64,000 bases of DNA, taken from Acidimicrobiia bacterium (GTDB taxonomy: Bacteria > Actinomycetota > Acidimicrobiia > Spongiisociales > Spongiisociaceae). Within the stretch, counting starts at the first letter, position 1; each line of letters starts with the position of its first letter. The DNA lies in the NCBI GenBank assembly GCA_022827785.1, contig JAJEIM010000039.1, forward strand, positions 18,315 through 82,314, given 5' to 3'. Below are positions 18,609-27,617 of this stretch, in pieces. A program made the position numbers and the translations under genes. Below the pieces are notes generated by a model. That model was not told the DNA's origin. It worked only from the letters and a program-made list of their open reading frames with translations, and did not search any database.

Positions 18609-19678
18609 TGTCAGGGTTGTCCATCGGCGCCGGGATCATCGGCCACCGGGCCACCCTGGACGCGCTGGGCGCCGAGGCGAAGTCCCCGGCCCATTCCTAC
18701 CTGTTCGCCGGGCCGTCCGGTGTCGGGAAGGCCACCGTGGCCCGCTCCTTCGCGGCGGAGCTGGTGAGCCGGTCGGAGGCGGGCAGGGATCGGGTGATGC
18801 GGAACAGCCATCCCGATGTGGTGGTGATCCAGCCCGAGGGACGGGCCGGGTTCGGGGTCGGCCAGTCCCGGGAGGCGATCACCGCGGCCAGCCTGCGCCC
18901 CGTGGAGGCCGACCGGAAGGTGTTCATCCTCGACGAGGCTTCGACGATGACGGAAGCGGCGGCCAACGCTCTCCTGAAGACCCTGGAGGAGCCGCCGCCC
19001 CGGACGGTGTTCGTCCTGGTCGCCGAGTCGGCCGACGACCTCCCTGCCACGGTGGCGAGCCGTTGCAGGATGGTCCGCTTCGGCCGGGTGCCGGAGGGAG
19101 TACTGGCAGCCGCGCTGGTGGAGCGGGGGGTCGAGGCGGAGAGGGCGTCGATGATCTCCCGGATTGCGGGGGGAAGGCCGGGGCTGGCCCTGGACATGGT
19201 GATCGGTGACGAGGCGGCCACGTTCCGGAGCTCATGGCTGGCGGTTCCGGGCCGGCTCCCGTCCGAGCCCGGCGACGGTTTCCGCCTGGCCGAGGAAATG
19301 CTCGAGGCCCATGAGCCGCTCCTGGAAGGGATCAAGGTCCGCCGCGAGCAGGAGATCGAGTCCCTCAAGGCACGCGGACTCCCGGTACCCAAGGCGTTAC
19401 GCGACAGTTACGATCGCGCCCTGCGGCGGACAGGCATGTCGTTGCTGGTCGCCGGCCTGGACATGCTGGCCTCCTGGTACGTCGACGCGGCGTCCGTTCA
19501 GCACGGTGGACCGGTTCGCAACCCGGACGTTCCGACGACCGAGCTGGCGAAGGTGCCGGCCCGTCCGGCGGCGCGCTCGGCGGAACTGGTGATCGATGCC
19601 GGTGTCCAGATCCGGCAGAACCAGCGTCCCAGGCTGGTGCTGACCTGGCTCTTCAACCGTCTCGCCGACGGTGCCTAG
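18608..19678 (+). CDS. holB: DNA polymerase III subunit delta'
   Basis: HSYLFAGPSGVGKATVARSFA Walker A, then VFILDEASTMTEAAANALLKTLEEPP. Start overlaps the tmk stop, reproducing the conserved tmk-holB pairing. Confidence 0.88.
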   Translation: MSGLSIGAGIIGHRATLDALGAEAKSPAHSYLFAGPSGVGKATVARSFAAELVSRSEAGRDRVMRNSHPDVVVIQPEGRAGFGVGQSREAITAASLRPVEADRKVFILDEASTMTEAAANALLKTLEEPPPRTVFVLVAESADDLPATVASRCRMVRFGRVPEGVLAAALVERGVEAERASMISRIAGGRPGLALDMVIGDEAATFRSSWLAVPGRLPSEPGDGFRLAEEMLEAHEPLLEGIKVRREQEIESLKARGLPVPKALRDSYDRALRRTGMSLLVAGLDMLASWYVDAASVQHGGPVRNPDVPTTELAKVPARPAARSAELVIDAGVQIRQNQRPRLVLTWLFNRLADGA

Positions 19679-19786
19679 CCAGTTGCTAGTTGAACTGTTG
19701 CGAAGTGTCTTGAAGTACTGGACCACTGACCACTGACAACTGGGCCATCTGTAACATCACTCAAGAAAGCAATACGAGGTAGAAGG

Positions 19787-20452
19787 ATGAGCATCGGCAA
19801 TCCGTTCATCTCGCCCGACCTGTACGAGTACATCCTGGCCGTCTCTCTCCGGGAGGACGACCTGGGCCGGGAGCTCAGGGAGGTGACCGGGCGCCTACCC
19901 GAGTCCAACATGCAGATCTCGCCGGACCAGGGCCAGTTCATGGGCATGCTGGTGAAGCTCATGGACGCGACCCGCATCATCGAGGTCGGAGTGTTCACCG
20001 GCTACAGCAGCCTTTGCATGGCCCGGGCGATGCGGGACGGCGGCACGCTGGTGGCCTGCGACGTCAGCGTCGACTACACCGATGTGGCGCGCCGCTACTG
20101 GGAGCGGGCGGGCGTGGCGGACCGGATCGATCTGCGGATCGGCCCCGCCGTCGAAACGCTGGACTGCTTGATCCGGGAAGGCAGGGATGGGGAGTTCGAT
20201 CTGGCCTTCATCGACGCCGACAAGGAGAACTACCCCGAGTACTACCGGCGCTGCCTGTCCCTGTTGCGGTCGGGAGGGCTGGTGCTCCTGGACAACATCC
20301 TCTGGAGCGGCCGGGTGGTCGACCCTGCCGACACCGGCCCCCGCACCTCCATTCTGCGGGACCTGAACGCCGAAGTCGGTCGGGATGACCGGGTCGCCGA
20401 CGTGACGCTGCTGCCGGTGGCCGACGGCCTGCTCATGGCCCGCAAGGTCTGA
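19787..20452 (+). CDS. Class I SAM-dependent O-methyltransferase (caffeoyl-CoA O-methyltransferase family)
   Basis: 221 aa with IIEVGVFTGYSSLCMARA (SAM motif I), FDLAFIDADKENYPEYY and GGLVLLDNILWSG, characteristic of family-3 O-methyltransferases. Confidence 0.85.
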   Translation: MSIGNPFISPDLYEYILAVSLREDDLGRELREVTGRLPESNMQISPDQGQFMGMLVKLMDATRIIEVGVFTGYSSLCMARAMRDGGTLVACDVSVDYTDVARRYWERAGVADRIDLRIGPAVETLDCLIREGRDGEFDLAFIDADKENYPEYYRRCLSLLRSGGLVLLDNILWSGRVVDPADTGPRTSILRDLNAEVGRDDRVADVTLLPVADGLLMARKV

Positions 20453-20527
20453 CGGCGACCGCAGCACCGGGATGGCCGGCCGTCTGACCTGCGCAGGTGG
20501 GGGAGGCTCTTCGCCTACCCTCCCGGT

Positions 20528-21559
20528 ATGAAGATCGGCTCATCCATGCGTTCCCCCGAAGGCGACTCGGTCAGTTGGACGCGTTTCCGGGCCGGGATGG
20601 GCGTGCTGGGCCTGGTACTCGTTCTCGGCACCGTGGGCTACATCCTGCTGGGCCTGCCATGGCTCGACGCCCTCTACCAGACGGTCATCACCATCTCGAC
20701 GGTCGGCTACCGGGAACTGGGCACGTTCGGCACTCGCTACCAGGTGTTCACGATCTTGCTGATCCTGTTCGGGACCGGCACGGCTCTGTATACCCTCGGG
20801 GTCCTGATCGACACCATGTTCGAGGCCAGAATTACGGGACACTTCCGGAGGCGAAGGATGAAGCGAGGAATCGATCGGCTCAGCGGCCACGTCATCCTGT
20901 GCGGATACGGCCAGGTGGGGCAGGCGATCTGTGAGGAGATAACCCGGAGCGGGAGGCGGGTGGTCATCGTCGACCGTTCGCTCCCGGACCGGGTGGGCGG
21001 TTCGTTCGATATCCCGGTGGTCAAGGGCGATGCCACCGACGACGCCATCCTGCTCCGGGCCGGACTCGACCGGGCGGCAACGCTGGTCCTTGCTCTCGAC
21101 TCCGACGTAGACAACCTGTTCGTGGCGCTGACGGCCCGGTCCTTCAACCCCGAGATCTTCATCGTGGCAAGGGCCAACCACCGGGCCGCCATCAGCAAGC
21201 TGCAGCAGGCCGGCGCCGACCGGGTGGTCAACCCCCACCAGATCGGCGGGGCGCACATGGCGGCCCTGGTGGCGCAGCCGGAGGTGGTGGACTTCCTCGA
21301 CGTGGTGATGCAGGACGGCCGCTTCGAGGTCCGGATGGAGCATTTCGAGATCGCTTCGGACTCGCAACTTGCCGGACGCGCGCTGGGAGAAGCGGGTATC
21401 CGGCGCCGGACCGGGAGCACCATCCTGGCGATCCGGCGCGACGAGACCTTCCTGACCAACCCGGATGGGCAGTTGGTGCTGGAGACCGGGGACATCATCA
21501 TCGCGCTCGGCACCGAGGACGACCTGCGAGAGCTTCAAGCCCACGCGACCGGGACCTGA
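20528..21559 (+). CDS. Two-TM ion channel with RCK/TrkA-N and TrkA-C gating domains (K+-channel family, atypical filter)
   Basis: TM1, a pore helix carrying TISTVGYRELG, then TM2, followed by HVILCGYGQVGQAI (Rossmann RCK-N) and a TrkA-C-like C-terminus. Confidence 0.8.
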   Translation: MKIGSSMRSPEGDSVSWTRFRAGMGVLGLVLVLGTVGYILLGLPWLDALYQTVITISTVGYRELGTFGTRYQVFTILLILFGTGTALYTLGVLIDTMFEARITGHFRRRRMKRGIDRLSGHVILCGYGQVGQAICEEITRSGRRVVIVDRSLPDRVGGSFDIPVVKGDATDDAILLRAGLDRAATLVLALDSDVDNLFVALTARSFNPEIFIVARANHRAAISKLQQAGADRVVNPHQIGGAHMAALVAQPEVVDFLDVVMQDGRFEVRMEHFEIASDSQLAGRALGEAGIRRRTGSTILAIRRDETFLTNPDGQLVLETGDIIIALGTEDDLRELQAHATGT

Positions 21560-21607
21560 CCCATCGCTCCGGCCGCTATCCGGGGGCCTCTGAGCAGGAT
21601 CGGATGG

Positions 21608-22225
21608 GTGGTGCTGTGGCCGTTGGCGAGGGTTCTGGCCGCCTGGTTCCCGTATTCGGTGGTGCGCAGGGCGCCGTTACCGAAGGGCCCCTTCGTGGCG
21701 GCCATCAACCACTTCTCGTTGCTCGATCCGCCCATCGCGGGCCTGGCCCTGCGCCGGCCCGTGCGGTTCCTGGCCCTCGACGAGATCTGGGGTGTTCACC
21801 CGGCCCTCGATGCGGTGCTCACCGTCTTCGATTCCATCCCGGTGTCCAGAACCGACCGCCGGGCCCTCGGTGCGTTGAGAGCGGCCCTCCGTCACCTGGA
21901 GTCGGGCCGTCCCGTCGGCGTGTTCCCGGAAGGACGGCGGGTGGCGGCCTGGGGGGAGGTCCCGCTCAAGACAGGCGCGGCCTGGCTGGCGGTTCGGGCC
22001 TCGGTTCCGGTCGTCCCCGTGGCCATCTGGGGGAGCCGGCACGCCATGCCGGGGGACAGGATGAGGATAAGGCGCGCCCCCATCAGGGTGGTGGTCGGAT
22101 TACCGATCGACCCCAAGCCGCACCTGGAACAGCCCAGCCCCGTGGAAACCCTCAACGAGTCCATCCGCTCCGCCCTCGACCGGGAACTGCGCCAGTTGGA
22201 AGCCGCCTACCCCGTCGGTGAATGA
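21608..22225 (+). CDS. plsC: 1-acyl-sn-glycerol-3-phosphate acyltransferase family protein
   Basis: NHFSLLD (HX4D catalytic motif) and VFPEGRR motif. 205 aa. Confidence 0.85.
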   Translation: MVLWPLARVLAAWFPYSVVRRAPLPKGPFVAAINHFSLLDPPIAGLALRRPVRFLALDEIWGVHPALDAVLTVFDSIPVSRTDRRALGALRAALRHLESGRPVGVFPEGRRVAAWGEVPLKTGAAWLAVRASVPVVPVAIWGSRHAMPGDRMRIRRAPIRVVVGLPIDPKPHLEQPSPVETLNESIRSALDRELRQLEAAYPVGE

Positions 22226-22260
22226 GGGTTTGAGTCGCCGACCACTAGAATTGCCGGACC

Positions 22261-22332
22261 AGCCGGAGTAGCTCAGGGGTAGAGCAGCTCACTCGTAATG
22301 AGCAGGCCAGGGGTTCGAATCCCCTCTCCGGC
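22261..22332 (+). tRNA. tRNA-Thr (anticodon CGU)
   Basis: Hand-folded cloverleaf. Acceptor stem GCCGGAG/CTCCGGC, D arm GCTC-AGGGGTA-GAGC, anticodon arm GCTCA-CTCGTAA-TGAGC (CGT). Variable loop AGGCC, T arm AGGGG-TTCGAAT-CCCCT, discriminator T. CCA is not encoded. Confidence 0.9.
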
Positions 22333-22359
22333 TCGCATGCATCACGCGGTTCGCTTGCC

Positions 22360-22384
22360 GGGAAGCGGAATCTCACCGGCCGGT
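22360..22384 (+). promoter_or_regulatory. Candidate SigH/SigR-type (autoregulatory) promoter
   Basis: GGAAGC-N16-GTT (GGAA at 22360-22363, GTT at 22382-22384) matches the actinobacterial SigH/SigR GGAAYA-N16-17-GTT pattern. It lies ~48 nt upstream of the sigma factor ATG. Confidence 0.4.
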
Positions 22385-22431
22385 TCAAGAAGGCGATCGC
22401 TCATGGGCAGCGGGTAGCCGGGACGGGACGG

Positions 22432-23010
22432 ATGGCAGACAGGGCGAACTTCGAGCGGGACGCGATGCAGTACGCGCATCCCCTCTACTCCGCCGCCTTG
22501 CGCATGACCCGCAACCGGGCCGATGCCGAGGATCTGGTGCAGGAGACCTTCCTCAAGGCCTATCGGGGTTACGATGGTTTCCGGGAGGGGACCAACCTGC
22601 GTGCCTGGCTATACAGGATCCTGACCAACACCTTCATCAATCGATACCGGCAGCAGCAGCGCCGTCCTCACGAGGTCGATCTGGACGGGGTGGAGAGCCT
22701 CTATCTCTACAAGCGCGTGGCCACGGCCGAGACCGATCGAGCGGCGCGCTCGGCGGAGGACGAGGTATTCGACAAGCTAGAGGGGTCGGACGTGCGGCAG
22801 GCGATCGACAAGCTGCCCCGCAAGTACCGGATGCCGGTGCTGATGGCCGACCTCGAGGGATTTTCCTACAAGGAAATCGCCGGAATGCTGGAGATTCCCA
22901 TCGGAACCGTGATGTCCAGGCTCCATCGCGGAAGAAGGGCGCTGCAGAAGCTATTGTGGCATACGGCGGAGGAGCGGGGGTTCCGTACCACCGACGGGGA
23001 AGGGGATTGA
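22432..23010 (+). CDS. sigH: ECF RNA polymerase sigma factor, SigH/SigR-like
   Basis: Region 2 ([40 protein letters not shown]) and region 4 ([23 protein letters not shown]). Followed by an overlapping ZAS anti-sigma gene. Confidence 0.85.
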   Translation: MADRANFERDAMQYAHPLYSAALRMTRNRADAEDLVQETFLKAYRGYDGFREGTNLRAWLYRILTNTFINRYRQQQRRPHEVDLDGVESLYLYKRVATAETDRAARSAEDEVFDKLEGSDVRQAIDKLPRKYRMPVLMADLEGFSYKEIAGMLEIPIGTVMSRLHRGRRALQKLLWHTAEERGFRTTDGEGD

Positions 23011-23246
23011 TGCGCCGCAACTCGTGTTTCCGGGCCGCGTCCAGGCTCTACTCCTATCTCGACGGCGAGATACGGGCCATCCGGCGGATCCGGATCCGGC
23101 TGCACCTCAGGCAGTGTCTGAACTGCGAACGCGCCTTCCTATTCGAGAAACGGCTGCGCGGGTTCATCCGTGAACGTGCCCGGGTCGAGGCTCCTCCCGA
23201 AGTGGTAGAGCGCATCCGCCGCCTGATCCGCGAACGCTCCTCCTAG
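23010..23246 (+). CDS. rshA: Zinc-binding anti-sigma factor (ZAS family, RsrA/RshA-like)
   Basis: The ATG at 23010 overlaps the sigma factor stop (TGATG). The 78-aa product has an N-terminal Cys (NSCF) and the H-x3-C-x2-C motif (HLRQCLNC). Confidence 0.8.
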   Translation: MRRNSCFRAASRLYSYLDGEIRAIRRIRIRLHLRQCLNCERAFLFEKRLRGFIRERARVEAPPEVVERIRRLIRERSS

Positions 23247-23258
23247 TTTCACCGCCCC

Positions 23259-24212
23259 GTGGGCAAGATGGGGGAGTCGTGGCGCACCCGGGTCCGAGCC
23301 GCCGCCACCGGCCCGTTCGGCCACATCGAATACCCGCTTCGCCACACCCTGGACTTCCCCGGCGACCCGGGCGTGTGCGGTCCCGGGTCGGCATCCTGGT
23401 CGGTGATCTCGGACGTGGCCGCCTTCGTGGGCGGCATCAGAGCCTTGCTGATCCAGAGCGCCCATCCGGAGGTGGTGGCCGGGGTTGCCGACCACTCCCG
23501 CTACCGGGTCGATCCGCTGGGCCGGCTGTCCCGGACCTCCGCCTACGTCACCGCCACCACGTTCGGCGCCGCCCCGGAGGTGGAGCGCGCCGTCAAGGCT
23601 GTGCGCGGGGCCCATAACCGCGTGCAGGGAACCTCCCATCGCGGGCGGTCCTATGCTGCAGCCGCTCCGGACCTGTCCGCCTGGGTGCACAACGTGCTGA
23701 CCGATTCGTTCCTGGCCGCACACCGGGCATTCGGGGCGGCCGGCCTGACCGCGGCCGACGCCGATCGCTTCGTGCGGGAGCAGGCCCGGATCGGGCGGAT
23801 GCTGGGTGCCGAGCCGGTGCCCGAGGAAGCGTGCTCGCTATCGCGCTGGGTGGCGGATCATCCGGACCTGGCTCCGTCACCGGGTATGCGGGCGGCGGTG
23901 GACTTCCTGGCGGACCCGCCGCTCGACCGGTTACAGAAGGCCGGTTACCGGTTCCTCTACCTCGGTGCGGTCTCGATCATTCCCGGCCGGATCAGGGACT
24001 TGCTCGGGATCCGGCTGCGCCGGGGCAGCCGTACGGCCGGCGCCGCGGGGGTGAGGCTGCTCCGGTCCGTGCTGGGGTTCTCGCCCACCTGGAACCTGGC
24101 GCTGATCCGCACCGGCAGCCCGGTTCCCGAAGGTGTGTTCCGCCAACCTCTCCCCGTCGACATCCCGCCCGGCTGGCAGCCACCCGGCCGCGGGGACGAG
24201 TTCCATCGGTGA
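23259..24212 (+). CDS. MpaB/DUF2236 family oxygenase
   Basis: 317 aa with LLIQSAHPEVVAGVADHSRYRVDPLGRLSRTSAYVTATTFG, typical of the ER-bound oxygenase MpaB/rubber oxygenase (DUF2236) family. Confidence 0.7.
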   Translation: MGKMGESWRTRVRAAATGPFGHIEYPLRHTLDFPGDPGVCGPGSASWSVISDVAAFVGGIRALLIQSAHPEVVAGVADHSRYRVDPLGRLSRTSAYVTATTFGAAPEVERAVKAVRGAHNRVQGTSHRGRSYAAAAPDLSAWVHNVLTDSFLAAHRAFGAAGLTAADADRFVREQARIGRMLGAEPVPEEACSLSRWVADHPDLAPSPGMRAAVDFLADPPLDRLQKAGYRFLYLGAVSIIPGRIRDLLGIRLRRGSRTAGAAGVRLLRSVLGFSPTWNLALIRTGSPVPEGVFRQPLPVDIPPGWQPPGRGDEFHR

Positions 24213-24232
24213 GGCTGGTACAATCGTTTGCC

Positions 24233-24538
24233 ATGGCAGGGGCGGCACAGACCAGGGCGTTCAAGGGGTCGGTCGCCTGGTTGCTGGTGGGGTTGGTCGC
24301 CTGCGCCTGGCTGGTCGCTTCCCCCCTTCAGGCCGGTGCGGCTGATGAGACCCCGGCGGTAGACGCGCCCGTGCCCGCTGTTCCGGTTCCCGACGATCCA
24401 CCTGCGGAACCCGAACCCGAATGGTCTTACCGGTTCCTGGTACCGGCCACGCTGCTACTCGGCACCGCCGCGGTGGTCGGCGCCATCATCATGTACTTCG
24501 TGAGGGTCACCAAGAACCGCTACCGCGTTATCAGGTGA
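24233..24538 (+). CDS. Small secreted/membrane-anchored hypothetical protein
   Basis: ATG at 24233 inside track ORF 23831..24538. It has a signal-like helix (WLLVGLVACAWLVASPLQAGA), a Pro/Glu-rich spacer, a C-terminal TM (LLLGTAAVVGAIIMYFV) and a basic tail. Confidence 0.5.
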   Translation: MAGAAQTRAFKGSVAWLLVGLVACAWLVASPLQAGAADETPAVDAPVPAVPVPDDPPAEPEPEWSYRFLVPATLLLGTAAVVGAIIMYFVRVTKNRYRVIR

Positions 24539-24569
24539 GGCCGCCGAGGCCGCGCAGGGCCCTGCTGCC

Positions 24570-25622
24570 GTGGGGTTCCGACTGATGCAACCCGAACACC
24601 ATGCCCGAACGCTTCGTGTGGCCGGATACCTGGCGGGCTCCTATCCGCTGGCGGACAGCTACCACCTGGCCGGCCTCGAGTCGATGGCCCCCACCCTCGT
24701 CCGCCGAGCGGGCGCCATGGTCGAGGAGGAAACCGGCTTTTCCGGCCCGGGCGAGCCCGGCGTGCTGGTCATCGACCGGCTCACCTGGGTGGAGCGCAAC
24801 CTGGCCTTCTTCGCCGAGTTGCTGCGTCCGGTGGAGGAGAGGTTGGAGGAGCATGCCGGGCAGAACGGGTCGGGCCACCGCCTTGCCGGGCTCCTGATGG
24901 CGATGGAGACCGGAGCCGTGCTGGGGCTGCTGTCGCGGCGCGTCCTGGGCCAGTACGAACTGCTCCTGCCATCCGACGACCGGGCGGACCAGATCTGCCT
25001 GCCCGCGCCCAACATCCTCGAGATGGAGAGGAAGTTCCAGCTCCGTCCCGGCGATTTCCGGTTCTGGGTGGCTCTTCACGAGGTCACGCACCGGCTCCAG
25101 TTCGTGGGCGTTCCGTGGCTCCGGGAGTACTTTCTGGGCCTGGCCAGAACCCTGGTGTCCCTGTCCACGCCCGAGGACCCGTCGCGCCTGGAGATCCTCA
25201 TGTCCCGGGCGGGCCAGGCCATCAAGGAGGGCAGGCCCCCGGTGGGAGAGGCCGGGGTGCTGGGCTTGATGGCCACCCCCGGCGAGTTGGAGCACCTCGA
25301 CCGGGTGCAGGCGCTCATGTCGCTGGTCGAGGGACACGGGCATGTGGTGATGGACCGGATCGGAGAGCGGCATCTGGCCACGTGGAAACGGATGTCCGAT
25401 CTCTTCACCCGGCGCCGGCACAATCCTCGTGTCAAGGCGCTGCTGCGCCTGTCGGGGTTGGAAATGAAGCTGCGACAGTACGACGAGGGACGCGAGTTCA
25501 TCCTGGCTGTCGAGCGGCGGGCCGGATGGTCGGCGGTGGACCGAGCCTGGGAGTCGCCCGAGACCCTGCCCACCAGAGCGGAGATCAAGGCCCCCGAGGC
25601 GTGGTTGGCTCGCGTCGCGTAG
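24570..25622 (+). CDS. Zinc-dependent metalloprotease (DUF2342 family)
   Basis: 350 aa with an HExxH motif (ALHEVTHRLQF). Its position upstream of tilS-hpt-ftsH is typical of actinobacterial genomes. Confidence 0.7.
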   Translation: MGFRLMQPEHHARTLRVAGYLAGSYPLADSYHLAGLESMAPTLVRRAGAMVEEETGFSGPGEPGVLVIDRLTWVERNLAFFAELLRPVEERLEEHAGQNGSGHRLAGLLMAMETGAVLGLLSRRVLGQYELLLPSDDRADQICLPAPNILEMERKFQLRPGDFRFWVALHEVTHRLQFVGVPWLREYFLGLARTLVSLSTPEDPSRLEILMSRAGQAIKEGRPPVGEAGVLGLMATPGELEHLDRVQALMSLVEGHGHVVMDRIGERHLATWKRMSDLFTRRRHNPRVKALLRLSGLEMKLRQYDEGREFILAVERRAGWSAVDRAWESPETLPTRAEIKAPEAWLARVA

Positions 25623-25648
25623 GGCAACTCGGCGCCGAGGTCGTCTCC

Positions 25649-26953
25649 ATGGTCGGACGGGCGCTCGGGGAAGGGTCCGGCCGGTTGGTGGTGGCGCTGA
25701 GCGGAGGCGCCGACAGCGCGGTCCTGGCGTGGGCGCTCCGGGAGTCAGGGAGCAACCCCCGAGCGGTGCACGTCCACCACGGCTGGCCCGGCTCGGACAG
25801 GATGCAGTCGGCGGCCAGGGCCGTTGCGGACCGGCTCGACCTCGAGTTGGCGATCGTGGTGGTGGACACCTCCCGGTCGGGCTCGCCCGAGGCCGTGGCC
25901 CGCGAGGCGCGCTACCAAGCCCTCGAGCGCGGGCTGGGCACAGGGGAGCGGATCGTCACCGGCCATACGCTTGACGACCAGGCGGAGACGGTTCTGGGCA
26001 ACCTCCTGTGGGGATCCGGGCTGGACGGGCTGAGAGGCATCCACCGGCACCGTCCCGGCCTGGTGCGTCCCCTGCTCGAGGTGACCAGGACCCAGACCCG
26101 GGAGCTGGCTGCATTGCTGAGGTTGCCGTTTGCCGACGACCCGGCCAACCAGGATGCCTCCTACCGGCGGGTCAGGATCCGCCGCGCCCTGGCCGGATGG
26201 GAGCGCACCCTGGCCCCCGGCATAGGCCGGAGGCTGGCCGACCTGGCCCGGCTGGTCGAGACCGACCTGGCCTTCCTCGACCGGGCGAGCGCGACCGGCC
26301 GGGTGGAGAGCCTCGGGGGATCGGTGCGGGTCGCGGCCGGCGAGATCCGCACCTTGGAGGCTGCCCTGGCGGCCCGGGTGGTCCGGCGGGCCCTGCGGAC
26401 GATCGGTGAGGGTTATCCGGGCGCCCGGCGTGACGTGGATGTGGTGTTGAGAGCGGCCGTGGACGGCACGGAAGGTCGTGTCTCCGGTGGACACCGGGTA
26501 GCCCGGGTGGGGGCTTACGTGGTGATCGGCTCCGGGGACCGGCCTGCCGGCCCGCCGCCGACGCCTCTGTCCGTGCCGGGAGCAACCCGGTGGGGCACCT
26601 GGAACTGGGAGGTTCATGAGCATCCGGGGCGTCCCGAGGCGTTCCCCCTCTCCCGGTGGCGCCAGGTCTTCGACGCCCGCGCCCTTCCCCGGAGCGCGGC
26701 GATGGTGCGGCCGGCAGGGGGTGATGACCGGATCGCCATGGCACGGGGAGGCAAGCGGGTGGCGGACGCGCTGTCCGAGGCCCGTATCCCGTCCGCCGAG
26801 CGGCCGGGATGGCCGGTGCTGGCAGTAGGTGGTGCGGTGGTATGGGTGCCAGGAGTTCGCCGGGCTTATCGTGGATGGGTCGACAAGGATACGATGGGGT
26901 ACGTCGAGGTAGAGGTAACGAGGGAGGGGCGGTGGAAGCCGGTCGGGTCTTGA
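25649..26953 (+). CDS. tilS: tRNA(Ile)-lysidine synthase
   Basis: ATG at 25649 inside track ORF 25115..26953. PP-loop VVALSGGADSAVLAWAL, HHGWPGSD and TGHTLDDQAETVLGNLLWG motifs. Confidence 0.88.
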   Translation: MVGRALGEGSGRLVVALSGGADSAVLAWALRESGSNPRAVHVHHGWPGSDRMQSAARAVADRLDLELAIVVVDTSRSGSPEAVAREARYQALERGLGTGERIVTGHTLDDQAETVLGNLLWGSGLDGLRGIHRHRPGLVRPLLEVTRTQTRELAALLRLPFADDPANQDASYRRVRIRRALAGWERTLAPGIGRRLADLARLVETDLAFLDRASATGRVESLGGSVRVAAGEIRTLEAALAARVVRRALRTIGEGYPGARRDVDVVLRAAVDGTEGRVSGGHRVARVGAYVVIGSGDRPAGPPPTPLSVPGATRWGTWNWEVHEHPGRPEAFPLSRWRQVFDARALPRSAAMVRPAGGDDRIAMARGGKRVADALSEARIPSAERPGWPVLAVGGAVVWVPGVRRAYRGWVDKDTMGYVEVEVTREGRWKPVGS

Positions 26954-27459
26954 TCAGTGAGGAGGAGATCGCCCAGCGCCTGCGCGAGATGGGCGAGGAG
27001 ATCTCCCGTGACTATCACGGCGAGAGGCTGCTGGTGGTGGGCGTGCTGCGGGGGGCCTTCATGGTGATGGCCGACCTGGCCCGGCACATCAGCATCCCGG
27101 TGGAGTTCGACTTCATGGCGGTGTCCTCGTACGGCTCGAGTACCAAGTCGTCGGGCGTGGTGCGGATCCTCAAGGACCTGGATGAGGAGATCGCCGGCCG
27201 CCACGTGCTCCTGGTGGAGGACATCGTGGATTCGGGGCTCACCCTCGACTACCTGCTGCGGACGCTCCGGCTGAGGAATCCGAGCTCGATCGAACTGGCC
27301 ACGCTGTTGCTGAAGGAGGGAACTCAACGGGTCCCGGTCGAGGCCAGATACGTGGGCTTCCGGATCGGACCCGAGTTCGTGGTCGGCTACGGCCTGGACT
27401 ACGACCAGCTCTACCGCAACCTTCCCTATGTCGGGGTCCTGGACGAGCATTCGTTGTAG
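26932..27459 (+). CDS. hpt: Hypoxanthine phosphoribosyltransferase
   Basis: LISEEEIAQRLREMGEEISRDY..., with PRPP motif VLLVEDIVDSGLTL. The start is ambiguous between the GTG at 26932 and the TTG at 26950 (the latter overlaps the tilS stop). Confidence 0.88.
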   Translation: MEAGRVLISEEEIAQRLREMGEEISRDYHGERLLVVGVLRGAFMVMADLARHISIPVEFDFMAVSSYGSSTKSSGVVRILKDLDEEIAGRHVLLVEDIVDSGLTLDYLLRTLRLRNPSSIELATLLLKEGTQRVPVEARYVGFRIGPEFVVGYGLDYDQLYRNLPYVGVLDEHSL

Positions 27460-27617
27460 GAATTGCCACAGGCGGCGGGAAGCACTCCGTGGGTGCGATA
27501 CATCTTCGTGTAGGCTCGTTTCTCCCGTAGGATGGGGACCGCGAATCTCCGCTACGCCACGATTCCGGGCTGACCGGGTCTCTCGCCGCGCCACGGCAGC
27601 AACATGGGGAAGGGATA

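Noticed and set aside
19721-19737. Tandem heptamer ACCACTG repeated 2.3 times in the AT-richer spacer before the O-methyltransferase gene.
   Set aside because: It is too short and is a single locus. No matching copies occur elsewhere in the window. It is most simply a slippage product or part of a promoter or operator, and not enough to call a repeat element.
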